Positions 7,435-16,054 of a DNA stretch of 32,000 bases are shown here, one piece after another. Numbering within the stretch: position 1 is the stretch's first letter; each line of letters starts with the position of its first letter. Position numbers and translations under genes: made by a program. Below the pieces are notes generated by a model. It ran no database searches and was not told where the DNA came from. It saw only the letters and a program-made list of their open reading frames with translations. Origin of the DNA: Sinorhizobium meliloti (lineage in GTDB: Bacteria > Pseudomonadota > Alphaproteobacteria > Rhizobiales > Rhizobiaceae); contig NZ_JAGIOS010000001.1 of assembly GCF_017876815.1 (NCBI RefSeq), forward strand, positions 630,001 through 662,000, written 5' to 3'.

Positions 7435-8949
7435 CTAAGCTGGAATGCCGAGAATGTAGTAGCGGATGCCGAGCACGTTGTCGGCGCCTTCGGTGCGCCA
7501 CGTACCAGGGTCGTCGGCGTCGTTATAATAATCGCCCGGCCGTCCGCGATTGGTAACGAAGGTTGCACTCGTCTGAGTAAGACGACAATGAGAGCTGTCG
7601 CCGCATTCGAAATTGCTGGTAGCCGAATACATCAGTTGGCGAACGGACGGCAGTTTGATCGACTCCTGCCAACTTCCGACAAGAGACTCCGAACCGGGCC
7701 CATGTTTGGTCATGTATTTGACCATGGGGAACATGCCTGTCGCGTCGAAATTGACAACTGTCTCGACGGGGCTCCCAGCAGAAACAGGAAAATACCCTTC
7801 CGCGAGGATCTGCACACATGGCCAACGACTGTCGATCACGATGTCTGCCCAGGATGGCGGGTTAGCGGAACCGGGCCGCAAGAATTGAACGACATCAACG
7901 CCGCCCTCGGTGAATTGCCTAAACACCTTGTTACTGCCGTTCGTCGGACTGTCGCCAGCGTCGAGATACAGCATGAACCGAGCGCGTAGCGCGCTGGCCG
8001 CGTTGAAGTAGATGCGAGACCCGTTAAACCAGTACTCCGCGCCTGCGCCGTTCTCCATCTCGGGGGTCCAAGGATAATAGATCGTGGAACCCGTATAGAA
8101 GTGAACGTCGAGGGCGATATTAGAGGGAAGCGTTATGCCAGTTTCGTAGAACGACTCTCCCGCCGGGATCGCAATGTCTGCTGCAGCAATCACCTTCACG
8201 GGAACGCGTCGACTGTCATAGGCGATCTGCCATTCGGTCGCGGTCTCGGCGTTGTAGCCCGGCTTAGCGATGATCATCTTATCCGAGCGAATAATGATGT
8301 TCTTAGTGCCATTCGGGGCCAATGCCGGGGCCTCTTGTGACGGATCCTCATTGCCGGGAAGGTTCCACACGATCAGACGTTTGTCTCGCGATTGAAATCG
8401 GTTGTACGCGTCGTCAAGTGTGGACGTGGTGATCTCCGCAAAGGTTCCATAGGGGAAGGAGCCATACTGACTAACCACCCCGTCGAAATCCTTTACCCAA
8501 GGCGCTTGATACCAATTACCCATAAAAAGGTATCCGCCTTGGTCGTGATAATATTTGCCGCTATATCGCCGTTGTATGCGCATCTGGTTGAAGCGCCCTG
8601 TGTTTGTCCGAGTGGCCTTCACGTCAAACAGCGGCATATTGTATTTCATCTTCGGGAACGCAGTATTGCGAAAGAGCCACGTGCTTTCGCCGCCACCTGA
8701 ACCTTGGCACTTCTGATAGTTTCCAGAGTTCGAACCGGATGGGTAATAAAGATAGACGACACTACCACTTGAGGCGATCTGATTGATCACTTCGATGTGG
8801 GCGATCGACGCATTCAGAGCATATTTCGAGTTGTAGAGGAACTTCGAGCGCTGGCTGTCCGGCGTCGTGCGCGGATTGTCAGCATCATTTTTCATGATTT
8901 TGACGCACCCTGCACCCGTACTGTCGCGGCCTATCATTGTCCGGGTCAT
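7435..8949 (-). CDS. hypothetical 504-aa aromatic-rich protein in the receptor-binding region (structural/RBP candidate)
   Basis: Long ORF in the late-operon orientation between the J-like gene and the tail fibre. Visibly lower GC than the rest of the operon. Its start ATG overlaps by 1 nt the TGA of the frame encoding MKIDLNSGTIEILS. No family recognised. Confidence 0.7.
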   Translation of the reverse strand: MTRTMIGRDSTGAGCVKIMKNDADNPRTTPDSQRSKFLYNSKYALNASIAHIEVINQIASSGSVVYLYYPSGSNSGNYQKCQGSGGGESTWLFRNTAFPKMKYNMPLFDVKATRTNTGRFNQMRIQRRYSGKYYHDQGGYLFMGNWYQAPWVKDFDGVVSQYGSFPYGTFAEITTSTLDDAYNRFQSRDKRLIVWNLPGNEDPSQEAPALAPNGTKNIIIRSDKMIIAKPGYNAETATEWQIAYDSRRVPVKVIAAADIAIPAGESFYETGITLPSNIALDVHFYTGSTIYYPWTPEMENGAGAEYWFNGSRIYFNAASALRARFMLYLDAGDSPTNGSNKVFRQFTEGGVDVVQFLRPGSANPPSWADIVIDSRWPCVQILAEGYFPVSAGSPVETVVNFDATGMFPMVKYMTKHGPGSESLVGSWQESIKLPSVRQLMYSATSNFECGDSSHCRLTQTSATFVTNRGRPGDYYNDADDPGTWRTEGADNVLGIRYYILGIPA

Positions 8950-9080
8950 CAGCTAAGGATCTCGATCGTGCCGCTGTTGAGATCGATCTTCATTTTGCTG
9001 TTACGGCTTGCAGCCGGCCGGCGTCGACCGTGCCGATGTCGGCGGTGGCGAGCCTCATAACGCCATCCTTGAAGACTAGT
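8950..9080. repeat. copy A of a duplicated segment (copy B is 9188-9320, the 3' end of the J-like gene)
   Basis: The first 48 nt match with 5 mismatches (tcagctaaggatctcgatcgtgccgctgttgagatcgatcttcatttt against ttagctaaagatttcgatcgtgccgttgttgaggtcgatcttcatttt). Similarity then falls to about 60-65%, with a 1-nt indel. Confidence 0.8.
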
Positions 9081-9172
9081 GGACTCCGTTCGGACGTCGG
9101 CACGACCGCACTGGTGGCCGCTGGGACAAAAGGCGCACTGATGAGCGTCAGTAGGAAAGACCTGCGTTTCAT
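8990..9172 (-). CDS. 60-aa signal-peptide mini-protein whose mature part copies the C-terminus of the J-like protein (apparently frameshifted)
   Basis: ATG at 9172 lies 7 nt after AGAGGG. The N-terminus MKRRSFLLTLISAPFVPAATSA looks like a Sec/Tat-type signal (RRxFL). FKDGVMRLATADIGTVDAGRLQ parallels FENGELKLAIANIGTVNAGLLQ of the upstream protein. Confidence 0.5.
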   Translation of the reverse strand: MKRRSFLLTLISAPFVPAATSAVVPTSERSPLVFKDGVMRLATADIGTVDAGRLQAVTAK

Positions 9173-9187
9173 GATTGAACCCTCTTT

Positions 9188-11935
9188 TTAGCTAAAGATT
9201 TCGATCGTGCCGTTGTTGAGGTCGATCTTCATTTTACCATTCAGCGACTGAAGGAGGCCGGCATTGACCGTACCGATGTTGGCAATCGCCAGCTTCAGCT
9301 CCCCGTTCTCGAAGGCGAACGGCAAGTGACCGCTGTTGCCCGAGAACACGAGAAACTGGTCTACCTGGATGGCCATGCGCGATTTCTGTATTCCGCCTTG
9401 GGTGTAGAGTTCGATGTAGAAGCCAGACACTTTGAAGCTCTGATTGGTGCCGGCCCGCAGCATGACGGAAAAGCGAGCGTCGACGCCGGACGGTGCTGCC
9501 ACAGCCTCGAACTTCACCAGGCCTTGCGCAAAGCGGCCGTTGAAATCAGCACTCACCCCATTGATGCTGGTCGCGAGCGAACTGTCGCCATCGGCGCGCG
9601 CCGTTTCCTCCTGGATCAGCCGGGCAAGATTGTCACCGACCTCCGCATCGAGGCTGTTGATCTGGGTAGAGAGTGCGCTGTCGGCATTAGCGCGCGCGGT
9701 AGCCTCCGTCTGGATGGCCGCCGCGTTGCTCCCAGTGTCTGCGCTAAGTTGAGTAATCTGGCTGCTCAGCGCCGTATCTGCCGTCGCCCGCACAGTCTCC
9801 TCAGTAATCAACCGCGCATTCGTGCCGCCGAGGCTCGCCTGCAGATATGTCAGCAGTTGCGCCGTCGCCTCGTTCTCCGAAACGCGCACCCGGCGCTCCT
9901 CGGTGATCTGCGCCAGCGCATCGCCTATGGTGGCAACGATCTGCTGGCGCTCGATCTGACCGACTGCGCCTTCGAGCGAGAACGCATCCAGCAGCTCGAC
10001 GAGGCGCGGACGGAAGAACTCATCCATCTCCTGCTGCAGTTCCTTGAAGCGGTTAAGCGCATCGTCCTGTAGCTGCTGCAGCCCGGTTAGCAGCGTCTGC
10101 AAGCCGGTCGGCTGCGCCGTCGTCGCCCATGGCGTGAAGGTGCGCAGCCGGTCCGGCACGGTCGTGATCGTCGCCCGGGCATTGTAGACCTTGCCGGAGA
10201 CCACGTTCTTCGTTGTGCGGAACAGGCCGTCCTCAGGCGAGGTGCACTGATCCTCGAAAAGCTCGGTCGTGCCCTCGATCTGATAGATGAAGCGCACGGC
10301 CGTGATGGTCGGATCATCCGGCGGGGTCCAGGTGAAGACGAGCGCCGGCGTGTCATAGCCCTGCGCGCCGTTGATCATGCCAACGGCAACGTTGAAGTTC
10401 TGCACCGTTGAGAGAAGCGACGGGTTGATCGGTGGCGTCGGTGGGATGACGATCGGCCCGGGCTCGATGCCATCGTCGTCATAGATCTCAGCGCTGGTCT
10501 CGGAGAGTACCAAGGTGATGCGCAGCCGCTCGTCGGCCCGCCACTCGCTGATCAGCCAGCTCTTGCCACGCCAGGTGATCCACTCGCCTTCCTGCACCGC
10601 CAGGCCGAAGCGACGGCTGACAGGGACCGTCGCCTTGCCGCCCATGCGGTTCTGTCGATAGCGAATGTTCAGCAGATACTGCGCAATGTCCGGATCGGTC
10701 ACCTGCAGGAAGTCGATGCTCGTCTGCCGATTGCGGCCGTCGGCAGCGATGTCGGCATTCACATAGACCGGCTTCAGGCTCTCCGGGTTCCACATCGATT
10801 CGATCGAGGTGAACTGGCCGGAAAGGTGATTGAAGCGCTCGAATGCCGACGGCCGGAACTGCACGTCCTTCGCCCGATCGATCGGGATATCGGCCGCGGT
10901 CAGGTCCTTGACCGGGATCTGCGGCGCACCAGGGATGACACCGGAGAGGCCTCGGCGGTTGAGCCCATAGCCGGCCATGGCGTCGTCGAACTGCTTCAGC
11001 ACCTCGGTATGGTCATCGTCGCCGCTGACAAAGAGCGAGCACTCATAGGTCCTCTTGCCGTTCGCCCGCAACGTGTCGCAGACGTTCATCGCCACGAAGT
11101 AGGTGGCGAGATCGATCTGTCCGAGGCTCTTGCCCTCACCGATCAGCGTCCGGCCGGAGACCAGCGCGCGCAGCCCCAGCTGATAATTGAGGCGGTGGAC
11201 GGCCGGGTTCTTCGTGTGCACCCAGGTCGACGGTGTATTGAGCCGCTGCGGCCCGGAGCCCCCTGCAACCGTCGAGTCCTTGCGCGGATCGTATTCGCGA
11301 AGCCCGCGCAGCACGAATTCAAGTTCCGGCCGTCCCTTCGAGCCAAAGAGCTTGTCGCTATAGATGCGCTCGACGACAGCGTAGCAGATGCCGGCATTGA
11401 CGCTCGTGCTCTTCCACTTGTTGCCAAGGGCCGCCGAGACGTCGACCAGCTTCTGATCGACCTGCTGGCCCGGCCTGCCATCGTAAAAGCGGATCGTCAG
11501 GACCGGGTCGCCGGAGCCGTTGACGAAGCCCTCGATGTGATAGTTCGCAACCTCCTTGCCGATCACCGGTCTGGATACCAGCGCTTTCTTCTCGCCATAG
11601 ATGTAGACGTACGGCTCCAGCCCGTCGCACCAGCCGTTCGCGAGCACGAAGACCTCGGCATTCCATTTGTTGCCGCTGCCCCACTTGGCATAGAAAGTCC
11701 GCTGCCCCTTTGTCTTGCCGACGCCGTAGAGCGTGCCGACCGGCACATCCCCGCCGAACTGGATTTCACCCTGAACGGCCGTGTATTTCCGCTTCTGCTG
11801 CTTCTGCTGGCCGAGCTTGCCGATCGCCAGCTTGGCACCGAAGGCCAGAGCGCCGCCGATGAGGCTGGCAGCAAGCGCAGAGCCGCCGAACAGCGCACCG
11901 GCGATCGCGGTCGCGATTGAAGTGAAAATTGCCAT
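9188..11935 (-). CDS. host-specificity / central tail fibre protein (lambda J-like, GTA g15-like), 915 aa
   Basis: Size and position after the NlpC/P60 gene. Glycine/alanine-rich hydrophobic N-terminus. Repeated ARA.ADSALS.QI coiled-coil-like units near the C-terminus, as in alphaproteobacterial phage tail host-specificity proteins. Confidence 0.8.
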   Translation of the reverse strand: MAIFTSIATAIAGALFGGSALAASLIGGALAFGAKLAIGKLGQQKQQKRKYTAVQGEIQFGGDVPVGTLYGVGKTKGQRTFYAKWGSGNKWNAEVFVLANGWCDGLEPYVYIYGEKKALVSRPVIGKEVANYHIEGFVNGSGDPVLTIRFYDGRPGQQVDQKLVDVSAALGNKWKSTSVNAGICYAVVERIYSDKLFGSKGRPELEFVLRGLREYDPRKDSTVAGGSGPQRLNTPSTWVHTKNPAVHRLNYQLGLRALVSGRTLIGEGKSLGQIDLATYFVAMNVCDTLRANGKRTYECSLFVSGDDDHTEVLKQFDDAMAGYGLNRRGLSGVIPGAPQIPVKDLTAADIPIDRAKDVQFRPSAFERFNHLSGQFTSIESMWNPESLKPVYVNADIAADGRNRQTSIDFLQVTDPDIAQYLLNIRYRQNRMGGKATVPVSRRFGLAVQEGEWITWRGKSWLISEWRADERLRITLVLSETSAEIYDDDGIEPGPIVIPPTPPINPSLLSTVQNFNVAVGMINGAQGYDTPALVFTWTPPDDPTITAVRFIYQIEGTTELFEDQCTSPEDGLFRTTKNVVSGKVYNARATITTVPDRLRTFTPWATTAQPTGLQTLLTGLQQLQDDALNRFKELQQEMDEFFRPRLVELLDAFSLEGAVGQIERQQIVATIGDALAQITEERRVRVSENEATAQLLTYLQASLGGTNARLITEETVRATADTALSSQITQLSADTGSNAAAIQTEATARANADSALSTQINSLDAEVGDNLARLIQEETARADGDSSLATSINGVSADFNGRFAQGLVKFEAVAAPSGVDARFSVMLRAGTNQSFKVSGFYIELYTQGGIQKSRMAIQVDQFLVFSGNSGHLPFAFENGELKLAIANIGTVNAGLLQSLNGKMKIDLNNGTIEIFS

Positions 11936-11941
11936 GTCTGA

Positions 11942-12346
11942 TTATCCGAGGTGGAAGGCTGCAATGACGTCGGCGAGAGCGTGATCGCTGCGGCCGCGCT
12001 CGGTCTTGGTCACGAAACGGCCGCCGAGGCAGACGCCAACATGCTCGGCGCCATCGGCAAGGCGCAGGATGACGAGATCGCCAAGCCTCGCCTCCGCTCC
12101 GCCCTTCGGCTGCTGGCTGAGCTCGGCCGCGAAGAAGCTCACCAGCGACTTGTACCCGCGCCGGCGCAGCGCCCGCTGCGCACCGGCAAGCGTCCGATAG
12201 GCGCCCCGGTACCGCTCAGCGGTGGCCGAGCCCGTCAGCGCATCGACAAAGGCGCAGCCGAGCATGAAGCAATCGGCCGATCCATAGGCATAGGGTTTCG
12301 CAAGCTCACGCGCGAGCGTGGCTTCGACGATGCGGAAGCGGTTCAT
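11942..12346 (-). CDS. NlpC/P60-family phage cell-wall peptidase (lambda K position, GTA g14-like)
   Basis: 134 aa with Cys in GSADCFMLG and His in EHVGVC spaced as in NlpC/P60. Gene order supports the call. Confidence 0.75.
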   Translation of the reverse strand: MNRFRIVEATLARELAKPYAYGSADCFMLGCAFVDALTGSATAERYRGAYRTLAGAQRALRRRGYKSLVSFFAAELSQQPKGGAEARLGDLVILRLADGAEHVGVCLGGRFVTKTERGRSDHALADVIAAFHLG

Positions 12347-12417
12347 GGGGACCTATCAGGATTCGACATTTTCGACTGGGGATGCTTATCTCCCGCAACT
12401 TCCAGGAGAGATAAAGC

Positions 12418-12690
12418 ATGGCGAAGAACGAGCAGGCCGTTGGGGCCGGAGTAGCAGCGCAAGCATTGGCGGCTGCTGCGCTGGAAATGCTGCTGTGGTT
12501 AGGCCACGACGACGTTATTGAGGAAGTCAAGTCGATTGCGTTGCATACTGTGAACCGGTCCATCGACGAAGCATCGAACATAGACAAGGATCGGGCGAAA
12601 GATCACGCCCGCCACGCCTTGTTGGCACTCGTTGAAACCATTAAGTTGAAGCAGGCGACGGACAAAACACGGCAGGATCGATTGTCATAA
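12418..12690 (+). CDS. opposite-strand 90-aa moron protein, Ala/Gly-rich hydrophobic N-terminus then helical
   Basis: ATG is preceded by AGGAG at 12403-12407. Upstream TTCGAC (12362-12367), an 18-nt spacer and TTATCT (12386-12391) look promoter-like. A 7-bp inverted repeat at 12710-12716/12734-12740 lies downstream. Lower GC by eye. Confidence 0.5.
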   Translation: MAKNEQAVGAGVAAQALAAAALEMLLWLGHDDVIEEVKSIALHTVNRSIDEASNIDKDRAKDHARHALLALVETIKLKQATDKTRQDRLS

Positions 12691-12836
12691 CAAGAGAGCC
12701 GTTGACTCCCGATAGCTGTGGCCAATCGAAGAGGCTATCGTGTTCAGTCTTTGGTTGGCGTCTGCGGGACATTCGTGCGGCGCACGCCCTGAGGACTTGT
12801 AATCTACTGCTATTACGTTTTTCATCGAAGGAACTC

Positions 12837-13427
12837 CTATCGGCTCACCTGTCCCCATTCCTCGGGGATGGTCGCATTCGTCGCCACGTGCTCCAGGCCC
12901 GTGTCGGCCGGATTATTGTCGAACTGCTGCTCGGCCTGCGAGCGCTTGACCCCGGTCGAGCCCCGCGCCGACCGTCCGGGCGGCTGCAGATCGATCATCA
13001 TCGTCAGCGTTCGTTCGGAGCCCGAAACCGCACCCTCGTTGTAGCGCACCTGGTCGATCTCGTAGATGGTCGAGACCAGCACCCCGACGGGATTGCTCGT
13101 GTTCGGCTCGCCGGCAAGCGCGGTGATGATGACCGGCGCGTTCTGGTAGTTGAACTCCTCAATCCGTGCGACCGCATCCTCGGGATCGGTCACCGGAATA
13201 TTGGAGAAGACGATGGTGCGCGTGGTCACGGCCACGCCCACGGCGCTAACCAGGTCCCCGGGCTGCAGATACCGGTTCGGCAGATACACCAAACCATTAT
13301 ACGTGAACTTGCGACCGCCGCGGTGATAGCCGACCGTTTTGCCGGGTAGATCGAAGCGGATCAGATCGAGGATGGCGAACTCGCCGCTCTCGATCAGATC
13401 CTCGACCTCGGGAGACAGCACGCTCAT
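12837..13427 (-). CDS. tail tip/hub protein (lambda L position, GTA g13/DUF2163-like)
   Basis: 196 aa. The N-terminal ILDLIRFDLPGKTVGYHRGGRKFTYNGLVYLP resembles the DUF2163 N-terminus. Overlaps the upstream gene by 4 nt. Gene order supports the call. Confidence 0.6.
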   Translation of the reverse strand: MSVLSPEVEDLIESGEFAILDLIRFDLPGKTVGYHRGGRKFTYNGLVYLPNRYLQPGDLVSAVGVAVTTRTIVFSNIPVTDPEDAVARIEEFNYQNAPVIITALAGEPNTSNPVGVLVSTIYEIDQVRYNEGAVSGSERTLTMMIDLQPPGRSARGSTGVKRSQAEQQFDNNPADTGLEHVATNATIPEEWGQVSR

Positions 13428-14074
13428 GCGAGGAACAACTCCGTTGCGGTAAACTGGACGTTATAGTTCGGCCAGGTCTTGGGCAGGCTAAAGCTTCCCG
13501 CGTCCATTTCCATGATGCAGGAAGGCTTCTCGAAATGGACGGTGCATGGCAGGGTGAAGACCTGCGTGTTAAGCGCGAAGCGGATCTTCAGGGTCACCAC
13601 ACCGGCCGCACTTGCCGTCGCGGCTTGCGTAATCCGATGCAGCGATCGCACGAAGGTCGATTTCCGGACCTCGACATAATCGCCGCGCCCCAGCTTAAAC
13701 CCGGCCGGCAGTCCCGAAACGACGATGGTGTTGGCGTCAGTTATCGACTGCAACACCGCGTCGCCGGAAAATACCCCGCCGCCCGCCTTCACGCCGGAAA
13801 GCGGGTTGCTGCCCTGATAGGCAATCGGCCGAGGCCGGTGCGGATCGTAGCCGGCAATATAGCCGCCATCGTTCGCGTCCATGTTGAAGGCGTCGAACAG
13901 CGCCGCCTCGGCCGTGGTTAGCTTCGATGCGGAATAGGACGCGGCCCAATATGGCGTCCCGGAATAGGCCGTCTCGGTACGCCTGCCTTCCATACGGTTG
14001 GTATCGCGGATGCGAACCGGATCAAACGCGACCTGCCCGTAAACCACGCTCGGGAGCGAAATGAGAAACGCCAT
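13424..14074 (-). CDS. distal tail protein (lambda M position, GTA g12-like)
   Basis: 216 aa, immediately after the tape measure with a 1-nt overlap. The call rests on gene order. Confidence 0.6.
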   Translation of the reverse strand: MAFLISLPSVVYGQVAFDPVRIRDTNRMEGRRTETAYSGTPYWAASYSASKLTTAEAALFDAFNMDANDGGYIAGYDPHRPRPIAYQGSNPLSGVKAGGGVFSGDAVLQSITDANTIVVSGLPAGFKLGRGDYVEVRKSTFVRSLHRITQAATASAAGVVTLKIRFALNTQVFTLPCTVHFEKPSCIMEMDAGSFSLPKTWPNYNVQFTATELFLA

Positions 14075-15945
14075 CAGAAATCTTCCCCGCCGTTCTGGCG
14101 ATAGTTCGTCCGGGCTTCCTCGTTGCTGCGCACGATGCGCACTGTCTGGTCGCCGGTCTGCTCGAGGATGCTGGCCAACAAATCCTTGCTCAGTACGATC
14201 TCAACGACGGTGCGGCCGCCGCCTCCCTCGCCTTCAGCTGACGCACCCGGCAGCTTACTCGGCGCGAGGATCCGGCCGTGGCTGGTCGGCGCAAAGAACT
14301 CGTCCTCATATTCGTTGACACGGTAGATGCGTCCGGGAGAAACATCGCCGCCGCCAGCGCGAGCGCCGCCATAGCCAAGGGAATCGCCGAGCGTGGTGGT
14401 CGGCACGAAGTTGGAGGAGGAACCGCCGCCGCCGCCGAAGATCGAGCTGAACAGCGACCCAAAGAGCCCCTTCCCGTTCGTCTGCACGTTGATGATCTCC
14501 ATCAGCAGCGCCGCGATCGCCTCCTTCGCGTCGAAGCTGCCGTCGACGATGCGCATCAGCTGATCGTCGAGGACCTGTCCCATCCGCTCGGCCGCTTCTT
14601 CGCTCCGCTCATACTGCTCGGCCAAAGCCTCCTCGGCCGCGAGCTGGCGGTATTTTTCGTCGATCAGCGCCGAGATCTGCTGGCCTTCCTTCGAGGTCGC
14701 CTCGACACCTGCCTCCCGGAGCGCAATGGTGCGCTCGCGCTCGATATCGGTGAGGCCCATGATCGCCAGCTCCTCGCGCAACGACGCGATGACGTCGTCG
14801 ATCGCCTTCTTTTCCTTTTCGGCCTCCGAGACTTTCTTGGAGCGGCTGCCGCCGGAAGATCCTCCACTTGATGTTGAGCTGAAAGCCTCATCGATCCTGC
14901 TTTGGGCCATCTCCCCGCGCATGATGTCCGTGGCGGACTGGATGCGCCCGGATTTGGGCGAGGCACCTTGCGCTTTGTCGATGATGCCGTTCCGCCGATC
15001 GAGCAGCACCTCGATCTGCTTCAGCTCCTCATCGATCCGCGCAATCTCCGAGGCGCTGTCGCGGCCGAAGATCGAGAGGATATCGTCCTCTGTCGTGCCC
15101 TGCTGCCGCAAGGCCCTCTCTCGCGCGCCTTTGAGGACCGACTGCCGGTAAAGCAAGCTGCTGCTCTGCTGTTGCTCAAACTCGCGAAACGAGTCCGTGA
15201 GACTCATGAAGGCACCGGCAGCATCGACAATCGCGCCCTTCAGGTTGGTCGATATCGTCGTGGCGATGAGGTTGAATTTCCGGTCAACCTCTTCCGCCCG
15301 CTTGATCAGCTCCTCGTCCATCACGATGCCAAGATCGTTGGCCGCCTTGATCTGGTCGCGAATGCCTTCTTCGCCGAGCCGGAGGAGCTGCACGAACTGC
15401 TCGCCTCCGGTACCGCCGAATATCTCGTCCGCCACGCGGATCTGCGCAGCCCTATCGAGTTCCCCCAGGCGCCCGATGATTTCCGTGAAGAGCTCCGCGG
15501 GATCCTCGAGCCTCCGCTTCAGGTCTTCGGCGGAATAGCCGAGGCGCTGAAAGGCCTCGGCCGCCGAACCTCCGCCGGTAACGATGAATTCGTCCGCGCG
15601 GAGGTTCAGTTCTTTGATCCCATCGGTCAGAGCGTCAATCCCGACGCGGTTCTGCTCGGCGACGAATTTCAGCTCCTGAAAGCTCTTGACGTCGAGACCC
15701 GCTCGCCGCGCCTCGTCGCCGACTGAGGCGATGGCATTCGCCGCATCGCGCAGCACCGCAACGCTCGACGCCGAGACGAGGCCGGTCACGAGACCGGCGC
15801 CGCCGGCAGCGAGACCTTTGATCCGACCGAATGAATTCATAACGTCGGAGGCAGTCGTCTTCGACAGCGCACGCACGCGAGCAAGCGCATCTTGAAAACC
15901 TTTGCTGTCACCGGAAATGGTGACGGGAATGTCGGGACGGGACAT
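14074..15945 (-). CDS. tail tape measure protein, 623 aa
   Basis: Long helical, Gly-rich protein downstream of the chaperone pair, with a GGGGSS-rich C-terminal part. Typical position and composition. Confidence 0.8.
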   Translation of the reverse strand: MSRPDIPVTISGDSKGFQDALARVRALSKTTASDVMNSFGRIKGLAAGGAGLVTGLVSASSVAVLRDAANAIASVGDEARRAGLDVKSFQELKFVAEQNRVGIDALTDGIKELNLRADEFIVTGGGSAAEAFQRLGYSAEDLKRRLEDPAELFTEIIGRLGELDRAAQIRVADEIFGGTGGEQFVQLLRLGEEGIRDQIKAANDLGIVMDEELIKRAEEVDRKFNLIATTISTNLKGAIVDAAGAFMSLTDSFREFEQQQSSSLLYRQSVLKGARERALRQQGTTEDDILSIFGRDSASEIARIDEELKQIEVLLDRRNGIIDKAQGASPKSGRIQSATDIMRGEMAQSRIDEAFSSTSSGGSSGGSRSKKVSEAEKEKKAIDDVIASLREELAIMGLTDIERERTIALREAGVEATSKEGQQISALIDEKYRQLAAEEALAEQYERSEEAAERMGQVLDDQLMRIVDGSFDAKEAIAALLMEIINVQTNGKGLFGSLFSSIFGGGGGSSSNFVPTTTLGDSLGYGGARAGGGDVSPGRIYRVNEYEDEFFAPTSHGRILAPSKLPGASAEGEGGGGRTVVEIVLSKDLLASILEQTGDQTVRIVRSNEEARTNYRQNGGEDF

Positions 15946-16054
15946 GTCGATCTCGCTTGAAGAAAAACGATTAGGAGGCGCCGGAGACAGGAGCTCCTTG
16001 CCTCATCCCCGCATGACTATAAGAAGTTGTGCTCTGAGGGTTTGGAGGGGTGTA

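Noticed and set aside
8950-9325. Diversity-generating retroelement (template/variable repeat) explanation for the duplicated J C-terminus.
   Set aside because: No reverse transcriptase ORF occurs anywhere in the window. The mismatches between the copies are mixed transitions rather than adenine-specific substitutions.
10826-11920. Long plus-strand ORFs antisense to clear phage genes: 10826..11920, 9326..10072, 14902..15726, 19756..20493, 21876..22730, 22899..23735, 24489..25757, 25812..26537, 29817..30641, 30688..31881.
   Set aside because: They fully overlap recognisable minus-strand structural or replication genes and have Arg/Ala/Gly-rich low-complexity translations. These are typical shadow ORFs of high-GC DNA.
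15902-16054. Long version (127 aa) of the plus-strand ORF in the chaperone/tape-measure gap, and the minus-strand ORF 15971..16159.
   Set aside because: The long version starts inside the tape measure start region without an SD. The minus-strand ORF has an implausible composition and no SD.
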